From positions 106,874 to 170,873 of the forward strand of contig CAZEGD010000001.1 of the NCBI GenBank assembly GCA_964512235.1: 64,000 nucleotides of DNA, given 5' to 3'. Below are positions 37,046-46,232 of this stretch, piece after piece (the stretch's first letter is position 1; the number at the start of each line of letters is the position of its first letter). Position numbers and translations under genes: made by a program. This DNA comes from an uncultured archaeon. Lineage in GTDB: Archaea; Aenigmatarchaeota; Aenigmatarchaeia; CG10238-14; SCSR01. The notes under the pieces are model-generated. The model saw only the letters and a program-made list of their open reading frames with translations, made no database searches and was not told the origin of the DNA.

Positions 37046-38213
37046 CTTTAGCTATTCTCTCTATGTCTGAATTCAAGGCACGCAGGTGGTTCTTGTTTAA
37101 TTTGTGGATATCCCTTTCTCCGCAAGCTCCAGCGATCATCTTTATCTCTTCCGTGCAGTTTTTTATATAATTGGCAACATTCTGAGCTGCTTCTTCAACA
37201 TTTAATTTCTTCCTTAATTCCGGGTCTTGAGTGCAGATTCCCTTTGCACATAGCCCTCTCCAGCAGAGCCTACAGTAATTACAACCCATAGCAACTAGCA
37301 TGGGGAATGCGCAGAATACCACGTCAGCACCCAATGCTAAAGCCTTTGCAAAGTCTGCCCCTTTGTTCAGTCCTCCACCAATCCACAACTCCTGCTTTGC
37401 CCCGTTCTTATCTAAGACTTCCCTTGCCTTAACCAAACAAGCTAAAGTAGGAATCCCGACATTGTTTAAAATCGCTTCAGGGGCCGCTCCAGTTCCTCCC
37501 TCCATTCCATCAATGGCTATTATATCTGGGTTTGCTTTGATTGCAAGTTCAATGTCTTCCTTTTCCGGAGCTCCCAGTTTTAGAATAATCGGCACGCCCC
37601 CCGTAATCTCTCTCAGCCATTCTATCCTTTTCTTCAAATCAGATATGTTTATTATATCTGGGTGGTAAGGTGGAGAATGGATACTACTATCTCTTTCAAC
37701 ATTTCTAAACTGTGCAATCTCATCAGTAACTTTTTCCTTCGGCAACAGTCCACCCTGCCCGGGCTTGGCACCTTGCCCGATTTTTATTTCTATAGCATCT
37801 GCCTTCTTTAGGACTTCTTCAGTAATCCCGAACCTTCCGGTGCTGTATTGTACTATCAAGAATTTTGAAAATTTCCTCTCTTCCGGAAGCACTCCACCTT
37901 CTCCAGTATTTTCAATTGTACCTGCTAGAGTGGATGCCTTTGCCAATACAGTCTTGGCTTCCCGGCTAAGCGCTCCAAAACTCATTGCCCCAATAATTAT
38001 AGGGGTTTCGAGCTCAATCGGTCTCTTGCTTCTCTTTCCAATAACCGTCTTCGAGCTAATTTTCTCCCTAAAATAGTCTACCGGTCTCCTTACAAGCTGT
38101 GCAGGAACAAATATCAAATTGTCAAAATTGACTTTTTCCAATTTATCGCATCTGCCGCTTGCGATAGGAACCCCTTTAGTTCTATTTTGGATGTCTTTAA
38201 CCCAATCATTCAT
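37032..38213 (-). CDS. FMN-dependent glutamate synthase-related protein (GltB domain 2-like)
   Basis: 393 aa. IKIGQGAKPGQGGLLP, and an FMN-barrel glycine-rich segment DGMEGGTGAAP. Confidence 0.8.
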   Translation of the reverse strand: MNDWVKDIQNRTKGVPIASGRCDKLEKVNFDNLIFVPAQLVRRPVDYFREKISSKTVIGKRSKRPIELETPIIIGAMSFGALSREAKTVLAKASTLAGTIENTGEGGVLPEERKFSKFLIVQYSTGRFGITEEVLKKADAIEIKIGQGAKPGQGGLLPKEKVTDEIAQFRNVERDSSIHSPPYHPDIINISDLKKRIEWLREITGGVPIILKLGAPEKEDIELAIKANPDIIAIDGMEGGTGAAPEAILNNVGIPTLACLVKAREVLDKNGAKQELWIGGGLNKGADFAKALALGADVVFCAFPMLVAMGCNYCRLCWRGLCAKGICTQDPELRKKLNVEEAAQNVANYIKNCTEEIKMIAGACGERDIHKLNKNHLRALNSDIERIAKVKLV

Positions 38214-38257
38214 ATAAAATCTAAATGGTGTTAGTACTTTTAAATGCTTTTACTTGG

Positions 38258-39961
38258 TCACATCCTCTTTGGAGCTTCCATTATCATAAGATTTAGAGAA
38301 TTAGCCAGCGCGACTTTAGTCGCTGCAACCAGCAACAATCTTAGCTCCCTTTGTTGCTCCCTCTCGGCTTTGAGCACAGGGCATTGCTGATAGAAATTGT
38401 TAAAAATCGTAGCAAGCTCGTAGGCATAATTACATACATAGTGCGGTCGCAGGTCTTTTGCTGCATGCGACACAACTTCTGGGAATTGCAATAGCTTTTG
38501 CATAAGGAACTTTTCAACAGTCAGCATTTTGTCTATGTTCAAATCGGAGTTAAAGTCAGGCTTCCATCCCTCTGCTTTATCGAGTATGCTACAGCATCTG
38601 GTATGTGCATATTGTACGTACGGCCCGGTGTTGCCTTCCAACTGCAGCACTTCATCCCATTTGAATGTCACTTGCTTGTTTGGCTCGACTCTGAGTATTG
38701 AGAATATGGATGCGCCAACTCCTACGGCTTTAGCTATTTTTTCATCTTTGGTATACTTCTCCTTCACGCGCTTTATCGCCTCTTCAAATACATCATCTAT
38801 CAGGATTACATTTCCCAGCCGGGAACTCATCTTCCCCTCGGGGAGTACTACATAACCATAGCCCAGATGGATGCAGCTCTTTGCAAACTTCTCATGTCCC
38901 AATAGTTCAAGGATTTTAAATTCTTGCCTGAAGTGTAGGTTCTGGTCTTCAGCAACTACAAGAATATTCAAGCTTGGTTTATACTTCTTCTTTTTATACA
39001 AGTTCGCTGCAACGTCTCTTGCCAAGTACAGCCCAGTACCGTTTGAGCGTAGGATGATGGTATTTGGCAGGCCATGTTTTTCAAGTTCTACGAGGACAGC
39101 TCCGTCTTCAAGCTTCTTGGCAACTCCCTTCTTAAGCAGGCTGCGTACATATCTCTTTGAACTGTCTATGAATTTCCGTTCCCACAGGTATTCGTCAAAC
39201 TTTATGCCCGTTGTAGCGTACGTGCCTTTAAATCCCTTTATGCACCAATTCACAATCCTCTTGGACAGGGGCAATATCTTCTTGTCTCCAGCCTCTGATT
39301 TATTCAAAATCTCGTCCACTTCCTTCTGCACAGCTTCATCAATCTCCTTGTTTGCACGTACATAGATGTCCAATAACCAATGGTCGGGCTTCTTGTCTGG
39401 CTTCTTCCCCTTTGCGAATTTCAAATAACCCCACAACAGCTTTGCTACCTGCTTGCCAAGGTCGTTTATGTAGCAAATCCTCTTCACTCTGTAGCCGGTT
39501 AATGTGAGGATTCTGCACAGTGACTCGCCTATAAAAGTCGTCCTAGCCGAGCCTATGTGAATTGGGTGTGCAGGATTTGGCGAGGAGTAGTCAACTACAG
39601 CTGTCTTCCCGCGGAAGCTGTTTGACTTGCCAAACTTCTCACCGTCTTTCAAAACTTTTTTTAGAAGGTCTACGGAGACATTCTCCCAATCTACAAAAAA
39701 ATTGACATAGCCGCCTATGGACGCGATGCGGTTGAACGGTGACTTGTCGGGTATCATTGCGTGCTCGGCAATCTCTTGAGCTATCTCCTGCGGAGAATGA
39801 TGCCGCTGCTTGGCCAAATCAAAGCATGGAAAAGACAAGTCGCCAAACTTTTGTTGTGACGGCACTTCCATCTTCTCTTCTAACTCTTTTGATTCAATCT
39901 CCATTTTCTTCAGAGCTTTTGCTAGAATCTTTGCCGCATCCTTTTCAAACATCGCCATCAC
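38258..39961 (-). CDS. argS: arginyl-tRNA synthetase
   Basis: 567 aa. SSPNPAHPIHIGSARTT (HIGH region) and a C-terminal DALR anticodon-binding domain ending in M. Confidence 0.95.
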   Translation of the reverse strand: MMAMFEKDAAKILAKALKKMEIESKELEEKMEVPSQQKFGDLSFPCFDLAKQRHHSPQEIAQEIAEHAMIPDKSPFNRIASIGGYVNFFVDWENVSVDLLKKVLKDGEKFGKSNSFRGKTAVVDYSSPNPAHPIHIGSARTTFIGESLCRILTLTGYRVKRICYINDLGKQVAKLLWGYLKFAKGKKPDKKPDHWLLDIYVRANKEIDEAVQKEVDEILNKSEAGDKKILPLSKRIVNWCIKGFKGTYATTGIKFDEYLWERKFIDSSKRYVRSLLKKGVAKKLEDGAVLVELEKHGLPNTIILRSNGTGLYLARDVAANLYKKKKYKPSLNILVVAEDQNLHFRQEFKILELLGHEKFAKSCIHLGYGYVVLPEGKMSSRLGNVILIDDVFEEAIKRVKEKYTKDEKIAKAVGVGASIFSILRVEPNKQVTFKWDEVLQLEGNTGPYVQYAHTRCCSILDKAEGWKPDFNSDLNIDKMLTVEKFLMQKLLQFPEVVSHAAKDLRPHYVCNYAYELATIFNNFYQQCPVLKAEREQQRELRLLLVAATKVALANSLNLMIMEAPKRM

Positions 39962-39995
39962 TAATATTATTTAATTTTATTATGTATGAAAATAT

Positions 39996-40967
39996 ATGGA
40001 TAATATGGATAATAACAGCGAGAAAAGAGGTGGATGGGCCGGTGCTGGAGATTTTCTAACGCATGCTAAAGTGCGTGAAAAAATGACAGTCAATGAAATT
40101 GTGAAAGAATTGGGTAATGCAGGATTCCAGGCTAGAAAGGTTGCTGAAGCTGTGAATGTATTAGAGGAAATGATAAAAGACAAGAAGTGCGTGAAATTTT
40201 TGGCTTTGTCCGGCTCGCTTGTCCCTGGCGGTATGAGGAATGTCATTGGCGATATGCTGAAGAGTAATTTCTTTGATGTAATCGTATCCAACGGCTCGAA
40301 TATAACCCATGACTTAATAGAGGCTTTTGGAGAGAAGCATAGGTTCTTAGACTCTGAATTCACGGACGTGGAACTCCGGGAGAAGAGTTTGAATAGGATC
40401 TATAACGTAGTCCTTCCGAACAGGGGTTATATGGCGCTTGAAGACAATCTGCAAGAGTTGCTGCCTAAGCTTCCGCAGAAAGAGATGAGCTCTCGCGAGT
40501 TCTTGGCAGAACTTGGGAAGGAAATAAAAGACAAGGATTCCATCCTGAAGATAGCTACGGATAAAGGCATCCCTATATTTATACCGGCAATCTCCGACTG
40601 TGTCTTGGGATTTCACGTATGGATGTATTCCCAAGATCATAAGCTGACTGTGAATACCACAAAGGACCAAGGCGAAATACTGGACATAACATTCAATGCC
40701 GAGCGTACGGGTGCTCTGATTACGCAAGGCGGTGTACCTAAGCATTACGTAGCAATGGCTATGCAAGTGAGTCCGAAAGCACTCAACTATGCTATACAGA
40801 TAACGATGGTGAGGGCAGAAGATGGGAGTGTGTCAGGTGCGAAACTGGAAGAGGCTAAGTCGTGGCGTAAAGTTGCAGCTGATGCAAAGACTGTAGATTT
40901 GGTATGTGATCCAACTATTGCTCTGCCTATAATTGTTTGTGCGTTGAAAGAGAGGTTGAAAAAATAA
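39996..40967 (+). CDS. dys: deoxyhypusine synthase
   Basis: 323 aa. LALSGSLVPGGMR, VSNGSNITHD, GGVPKHY. Confidence 0.9.
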   Translation: MDNMDNNSEKRGGWAGAGDFLTHAKVREKMTVNEIVKELGNAGFQARKVAEAVNVLEEMIKDKKCVKFLALSGSLVPGGMRNVIGDMLKSNFFDVIVSNGSNITHDLIEAFGEKHRFLDSEFTDVELREKSLNRIYNVVLPNRGYMALEDNLQELLPKLPQKEMSSREFLAELGKEIKDKDSILKIATDKGIPIFIPAISDCVLGFHVWMYSQDHKLTVNTTKDQGEILDITFNAERTGALITQGGVPKHYVAMAMQVSPKALNYAIQITMVRAEDGSVSGAKLEEAKSWRKVAADAKTVDLVCDPTIALPIIVCALKERLKK

Positions 40968-40970
40968 AAA

Positions 40971-41678
40971 TCACTCTACAAGATTGGCTTCCTTCAGCAT
41001 ATCGATTATCTTGTCCACCATTACTTCTGGTCCGCGAGTGACTTTCACGTTCACGAATGGTACTTTGTCCTTGTAGAATTCTATTACGGGAAGCGACTGT
41101 CTCTTGTAGACATCAAGCCTGTTCTTGACTGCTTCAGGTTTGTCATCTTCCCTCTGTATTATTTCGCCTCCGCATTTGTCGCACTTGTCCTCTTCTTTGG
41201 GCGACATCGGCGGCAGTATGTATCTGATTCCATCTACTTCTTTGTCTATATCTGCAACATTGTAGATGTCACCACAGTCCTTGCAAATCCTTCGTGCAGA
41301 TAACTTTTCTATCAAAATCTCTTCAGGTACTATCAAGTTGATTATTGCATCTGTCTTAGTGATGCCTTCAAGGGCTTGAGCCTGTTCTATCGTACGCGGG
41401 AACCCATCCAGTATAAAACCTTTCTCAGCTTCAGGTTTTTCCAGTTCTTCTTTCAAAAGTTGGTTTGTCAAGTCATCCCTCTGCAGACCGCCTGCGTTGT
41501 AGATCTCTTTTACTTCTCTCCCGATCGGGGTATCTTCTTTAATAATCCTTCTAAAGATATCGCCTGTGGAAATCTTCACTATACCCAGCTTTGGTGCAAT
41601 CCTTGAAGAGTACGTGCCTTTGCCGGCGCCTGGCGGCCCGAACATTATGAAATTCATCGTCATCTCATCGTCCTCCAA
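40971..41678 (-). CDS. adk: adenylate kinase (long form with Zn lid)
   Basis: GPPGAGKGT P-loop. The lid has CKDCG...CDKCGG. Exact start among the first Met codons is uncertain. Confidence 0.9.
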   Translation of the reverse strand: MEDDEMTMNFIMFGPPGAGKGTYSSRIAPKLGIVKISTGDIFRRIIKEDTPIGREVKEIYNAGGLQRDDLTNQLLKEELEKPEAEKGFILDGFPRTIEQAQALEGITKTDAIINLIVPEEILIEKLSARRICKDCGDIYNVADIDKEVDGIRYILPPMSPKEEDKCDKCGGEIIQREDDKPEAVKNRLDVYKRQSLPVIEFYKDKVPFVNVKVTRGPEVMVDKIIDMLKEANLVE

Positions 41679-41744
41679 CCGAGTCTTTTTAAATTATTTA
41701 TTCATAATTCAATAGTTAAATATTGAATTGTTGAATAAAATTAT

Positions 41745-41869
41745 GCTGGTGTAGATCAGTCTGGTTAGATCGCCGTGCTCATAAACTTTTATGAGCGTTG
41801 ATAGCGAGTGCTAAATGAGATACGAAAGGTGATACGCGGAAGTCGCGAGTTCAAATCTCGCCACCAGCA
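41745..41869 (+). tRNA. tRNA-Met(CAT), elongator-like (or Ile2), with a canonical-position intron of about 50 nt
   Basis: Acceptor GCTGGTG/CACCAGC, stem CCGTG/CGCGG, loop CTCATA. The intron begins near 41784 and contains TATGAG, complementary to the anticodon loop. T-arm GCGAG-TTCAAAT-CTCGC. Confidence 0.85.
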
Positions 41870-41878
41870 CTCACATTT

Positions 41879-42178
41879 TTATAACCAACTTCCCTTGAAT
41901 CCTCTATGTGCAATTATGTAACCTAAGAAAGCGATAGAAAGCCCTATGAATACACCGACTAAACCCCAGAAAGTGAGGGTTTCATGTTTGAAAACGTCGA
42001 CGGAAGCTGTATATACTATAATTACGCCTCCTATAGCCAATGTCAATATACCCAGTATTGCCAATACTGGATTTATTTTATTATACTTTGACTCGTACAA
42101 CTTTCTCAGATTCTTCAGAGTCTCGTCCAATAGCTGTCTGTATTTTTCCAACTCGTCTCTTCTCTTCTTCAAAGCCAA
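41879..42178 (-). CDS. small membrane protein (coiled N-terminus plus 2 TM), paralogue A
   Basis: 99 aa. Same architecture and same C-terminal WL as the adjacent ORF. Confidence 0.5.
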   Translation of the reverse strand: MALKKRRDELEKYRQLLDETLKNLRKLYESKYNKINPVLAILGILTLAIGGVIIVYTASVDVFKHETLTFWGLVGVFIGLSIAFLGYIIAHRGFKGSWL

Positions 42179-42459
42179 TCACGTTCCATGGATTTATGTA
42201 TCAACATATATCCGAAGAATGAAATTATGTAGCAGAAAAAGGATATGACGAGGGAAAATGACGATATCACATGAACAAATACGGCTCCATTGATTATAAT
42301 AGCAAAAATGGGCACCATACCTAACACAGTAAGCAAGAATCCAACAATTGCCATCGGGATATCGACTCTAGGTTTTAAATCATTTATCAACTTCTCTATA
42401 TTCTTCCTATATTCCTCTATGCTCTTCTCGTATTTCTCCTGGTATTTCTTGAACTTCAT
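42169..42459 (-). CDS. small membrane protein (coiled N-terminus plus 2 TM), paralogue B
   Basis: 96 aa. 10-nt overlap with paralogue A. Confidence 0.5.
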   Translation of the reverse strand: MKFKKYQEKYEKSIEEYRKNIEKLINDLKPRVDIPMAIVGFLLTVLGMVPIFAIIINGAVFVHVISSFSLVISFFCYIISFFGYMLIHKSMERDWL

Positions 42460-42577
42460 TCCCGATACCGCCTATATTCTTCCTAAGATAATTTTGGTTT
42501 ATTAAAAGAATAATTTATCGCTATCTTAAATAATATTTATATAAGTAGCAATTGAAAGATTAACTGAATTCAGGCAT

Positions 42578-42649
42578 GGCCTGTGTAGCTTAATGGTAGA
42601 GTAGGGGGTTGTGGACCCCTTGGCGCGGGTTCGATTCCCGCCACGGGCC
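42578..42649 (+). tRNA. tRNA-His(GTG) with genome-encoded G-1
   Basis: G-1 then GCCTGTG/CACGGGC, discriminator C. Anticodon arm GGGGG-TTGTGGA-CCCCT, T-arm GCGGG-TTCGATT-CCCGC. Confidence 0.9.
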
Positions 42650-42685
42650 CTTTGGTTTAAAAGTCTTACTTTCTATACATTTCCT

Positions 42686-43327
42686 ATGAAAAAATATGAA
42701 GACGTGACGGATGTTGTCATAGTCCTGGAAGGCACACCCACAGGAAAGGTGCTTTACAATGGAGTATACAGAGGTATACCAAAAACTAGGATAGACACGT
42801 TCATTTCACAATATCACAATCTCCTAAAACAAGGTAGGAAACCTTTAGGTATAATAACCGGAGATATGCAGAAGGACCCGATCGATTTTTATATAAATGC
42901 TGTGATGAAAGGGCGTGGTTTATCAGAAGATTCTATAAATCTGTACAAGTGTGAAAATACCAGGATAACGCTGGACGATGCCATAGAGGTCAAGAAGTTC
43001 ATTTTAGAAGAAGAATTAGAGAATTTGCCATGCTATCTAGTGACTACGGAAGAACATATGAGACACAGAGCTCGTAATGCTTTTGAAAAAACCTTTGGGG
43101 AGGAAATTGAATTCATCCCAATAAAGGCACCTTGGGGTGTGGAGGGGCTTGAGAGGATAAAAGTGGAGCTACATGAAGTAATCGGAAGATATCTTGACTG
43201 GCTTTCTATGATGAATGTCAGAAAGGGTGACCATAAAATGCTCAATTATAACATAGAAAAGTTCTGGCCACTGAGAAAATTGGTCAGGAAAAGCCAAAAG
43301 ATTGAAAGTATTGGAAGAAGACATTAA
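42686..43327 (+). CDS. DUF218/YdcF-like protein
   Basis: 213 aa from MKKYEDV; the track start lies inside tRNA-His. CENTRITLDDA...YLVTTEEHMRHRA resembles the DUF218 pattern. Confidence 0.5.
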   Translation: MKKYEDVTDVVIVLEGTPTGKVLYNGVYRGIPKTRIDTFISQYHNLLKQGRKPLGIITGDMQKDPIDFYINAVMKGRGLSEDSINLYKCENTRITLDDAIEVKKFILEEELENLPCYLVTTEEHMRHRARNAFEKTFGEEIEFIPIKAPWGVEGLERIKVELHEVIGRYLDWLSMMNVRKGDHKMLNYNIEKFWPLRKLVRKSQKIESIGRRH

Positions 43328-43328
43328 C

Positions 43329-43337
43329 TTTTAAATA
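43329..43337 (+). promoter_or_regulatory. candidate TATA box of the 16S transcription unit
   Basis: TTTTAAATA, followed by a roughly 200-nt structured leader and the processing helix. Confidence 0.3.
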
Positions 43338-43534
43338 CTAGCATACCGAATATTAGTTTTGCGTAAACGGCGTTGAAGTTGGATTGTGCCTTCAGGCACG
43401 GGCTGTGACTTGGCGGTCGCGGCTGCAGTAGGTGGTGATGACATCTATTGTAAAAATGACAAACTTCTTTCAGTTTACGGTATATAGCTTTAGCCCAGAG
43501 TAGCGTTCTGGGTAGGTTTCAATTGCTACTTTTA

Positions 43535-43567
43535 TGCAGCAGTCGATGAAACCTAGAGGCAGAACCG
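43535..43567 (+). other. 16S processing helix, 5' strand (bulge-helix-bulge)
   Basis: TGCAGCAGT-C-GATG-AAA-CCTAGAGGCAGAACC pairs with 45345-45377. This gives 9 bp, a 3-nt bulge, 4 bp, a 3-nt bulge and 15 bp. Confidence 0.85.
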
Positions 43568-44232
43568 CCAATTCTGGTTGATCCTGCCAGAGGCCATTGC
43601 TATCCGAGTTCGACTAAGCCATGCGAGCCGTGAGGGGTTAAGCCCTCGGCGGACTGCTCCGTAATGCACAGATAACCTACCCTAAGGTGGGAGATAATCT
43701 CGAGAAATTGAGGCTAATATCCCATAGGTATCCGAGGCTGGAATGCACGGATACTCAAAGCTCCGGCGCCTTAGGATGGGACTGTGTCCTATCAGGCTGT
43801 TGCCGGTGTAAAGAACCAGCAAACCTATAACGGGTACGGGCTATGGAAGTAGGAGCCCGGAGATGGATTCTGAGACATGAATCCAGGTACTACGGTACGC
43901 AGCAGGCGCGAAACCTTTACAATGCATTAACGTGCGATAAGGGGACTCGGAGTGCTCCAGCACTGCTGGAGCTTTTGCCTACTGAAAACGGGTAAGCGAA
44001 TAAGGGCTGGGTAATACAGGTGCCAGCCGCCGCGGTAATACCTGAGGCCCGAGTGATGGCCAGCTTTATTGGGTCTAAAGCGTCCGTAGCCGGTTTGGTA
44101 AGTTCTTGCTGAAATCCTCCGGTAAACTGGAGGGCGTGGTGAGAATACTACCAGACTTGAGACCGGGAGAGGGTGGGGGTACTCGTAGGGGAGGGGTTAA
44201 ATCCTGTAATCCTGCGGGGACCACCTGTGGCG

Positions 44233-44262
44233 TTGGTTGCTCGTCGCGAGCGACTGCTACAA
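44233..44262 (+). other. 30-nt hairpin insertion inside the conserved GTGGCG|AAGGCG motif of the 16S
   Basis: TTGGTTGCTCGTCGCGAGCGACTGCTACAA. Contains an 8-bp stem GTTGCTCG/CGAGCGAC. Confidence 0.6.
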
Positions 44263-44273
44263 AAGGCGCCCAC

Positions 44274-44305
<32 letters not shown>

Positions 44306-44896
44306 GTGGGTAGCGATTGGGATTAGATACCCCAGTAGTCCACGCCGTAAACGATGCCCGCTTGGTGTAGCATGCTTCTTGGGAGTATGCTGTGCCGGAG
44401 CGTAGGTGTTAAGCGGGCCACCTGGGAACTACGACCGCAAGGTTGAAACTTAAGGGAATTGGCGGGGGAGCACACAAGGGGTGTGCACTGCGGTTCAATT
44501 GGATTCAACGCCGGAAATCTCACCAGGGCCGACGGCAGGATGATGGTCAGTCTGAAGGGCTTACCTGACAAGCCGAGAGGTGGTGCATGGCCATCGCCAG
44601 CTCGTACCGTGAGGCGTGCGCTTAAGTGCGTTAACGAGCGAGACCCACATCTTATGTTGCAATCTTGATTTCCGAATCAGGAGCACTCATAAGAGACCGC
44701 TGGTGATAAATCAGAGGAAGGAGTGGGCGACGGTAGGTCTGTATGCCCTGAATGTCCTGGGCTACACGCGGTGCACAATGTATGCCACAGTGGGATGCTA
44801 CCGCGAAAGCGGACGCGAACCCCTTAAAAGCATACTCAGTTCAGATCGAAGGCTGTAACTCGCCTTCGTGAAGCCGGAATCCCTAGTAAGCGAACG

Positions 44897-45017
44897 TCAT
44901 CAAGCCAAAGCTTTGTTGATGACGATAATGCACCACTCTGATGTATTGACGAAGCTTGTCTTCGTCTTTGCAATAATGATGAGTAAAAAATAAAGAATCA
45001 GAGCTTTAGCGTGAAAT
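44897..45017 (+). other. AT-rich insertion of roughly 113 nt in the apical loop of the GCGAACG/CGTTCGC hairpin of the 16S (E. coli position about 1360)
   Basis: The canonical loop is 7-9 nt; here it is 121 nt. Contains the C/D-box-like strings TTGATGA, CTGA, ATGATGA and CAGA. Confidence 0.6.
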
Positions 45018-45024
45018 CGTTCGC

Positions 45025-45062
<38 letters not shown>

Positions 45063-45152
45063 GCCAATCGAGTGGAGTTTAAACGAGACTTGCTTTGCTG
45101 CTTCGGCAGTAAAAGTGGGCCGAGTTTCGGTTCCGCGAGAAGGGCTAAGTCG

Positions 45153-45285
45153 CCACTTCAAGAGTTGTGCGAGTTTTAAGATGAAAAAATGGCTTGACTC
45201 TGACATTGCTTTGACGCACTTCGTGCGTCGGTGCAATGATTGATGAGTCGGAGGTGAATTGATTAAACATCATCTCTTGGAGCGA
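45153..45285 (+). other. insertion of roughly 133 nt between AAGTCG and TAA(A)CAAGGTAGCCGTA near the 16S 3' end
   Basis: It interrupts the conserved AAGTCGTAACAAGG string. The ends can pair (CAAGAG/CTCTTG). Confidence 0.6.
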
Positions 45286-45344
45286 TAAACAAGGTAGCCG
45301 TACGGGAACGTGCGGCTGGATCACCTCCTTAAGATCCAAGTGTG

Positions 45345-45377
45345 CTGGTTCTGCCTCTAGGCATCAAAACTGCTGCA
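45345..45377 (+). other. 16S processing helix, 3' strand
   Basis: CTGGTTCTGCCTCTAGG-CATC-AAA-ACTGCTGCA, complementary to 43535-43567. Confidence 0.85.
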
Positions 45378-45465
45378 AAAATATTTTATTTTGACATGAA
45401 CCAGCGTGAGCTGTATACCACAGAACCGCAATATTTATATAGTGTCACTAGTCAATAGTAACGTT

Positions 45466-46092
45466 ATGTCTAAACTAATTGTACTGCCTGAAAACCATCC
45501 AGAAAGAATATTGAAGGAAATAGAGATTATTGAAAATATTCGTCAAAATGCAGATACTAGAGATCCAACAAATGTGAAAGATATTAAAAATTATCGTTTG
45601 ATAGAGGAAAAATTGTTTGGTTATGCAACTGATATAGTGGCACTGGAAGCCGAAACACTTGGACGGAAAGATGTCAGTACAATCTATTCAGAGATGGAAA
45701 ATGATACTATACTTCAATTGTATGGAGAATTGGTGCAGGGGAAGAAGTTAATCTATTTGAGCGAAGGGTTTTACGGAAATAATGCTTTAAAGTCAAAAGC
45801 TGAGAGTGGACGTCTTGACCCTACATACGACTGGCTCCAAGGAGAGATGGAAAAATACTGGGTAGATAGAATAATCGAAAAACCTCCGGTGGAAGGAACT
45901 CTAGGAGTTCTAAAAATTGGGGGACACCATATAGAAAAGAGTGAATATATGGGGGATGTCCCAAAAATGTTGAGGGAAAAAGGTTTTGAAGTTGAGATTG
46001 TAAAAAGTCCGAATTATCAATCCCTGATAGATGATTGTTTCAAAGAGGCAGGATTAGACGTAGACCGGATAAGAGCATCTGCATTGATTTGA
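45466..46092 (+). CDS. hypothetical 208-aa protein encoded inside the 16S-23S spacer
   Basis: ATG about 25 nt downstream of ATATTTATATAG (leaderless geometry). No family recognised. Confidence 0.55.
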   Translation: MSKLIVLPENHPERILKEIEIIENIRQNADTRDPTNVKDIKNYRLIEEKLFGYATDIVALEAETLGRKDVSTIYSEMENDTILQLYGELVQGKKLIYLSEGFYGNNALKSKAESGRLDPTYDWLQGEMEKYWVDRIIEKPPVEGTLGVLKIGGHHIEKSEYMGDVPKMLREKGFEVEIVKSPNYQSLIDDCFKEAGLDVDRIRASALI

Positions 46093-46148
46093 TTTGCGTA
46101 AAATTAGTAATCTTTAAATTTAACTTCTCATAACAAATATTAGTTCAC

Positions 46149-46221
46149 GGGCCGATAGTTCAATGGCTAGAATGCCGTCCCTGCAAGGCGGAGGTTCCGG
46201 GTTCGAGTCCCGGTCGGTCCA
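46149..46221 (+). tRNA. tRNA-Ala(TGC), the classical archaeal rRNA-spacer tRNA
   Basis: Acceptor GGGCCGA/TCGGTCC with the G3:U70 Ala identity pair. Anticodon arm CCGTC-CCTGCAA-GGCGG (C at position 33). T-arm CCGGG-TTCGAGT-CCCGG. Confidence 0.8.
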
Positions 46222-46232
46222 CTCACAATGTT

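Noticed and set aside
42611-42685. Track start of the DUF218-like ORF
   Set aside because: The first 25 codons are the 3' part of tRNA-His read as protein. The ATG at 42686 is used instead.
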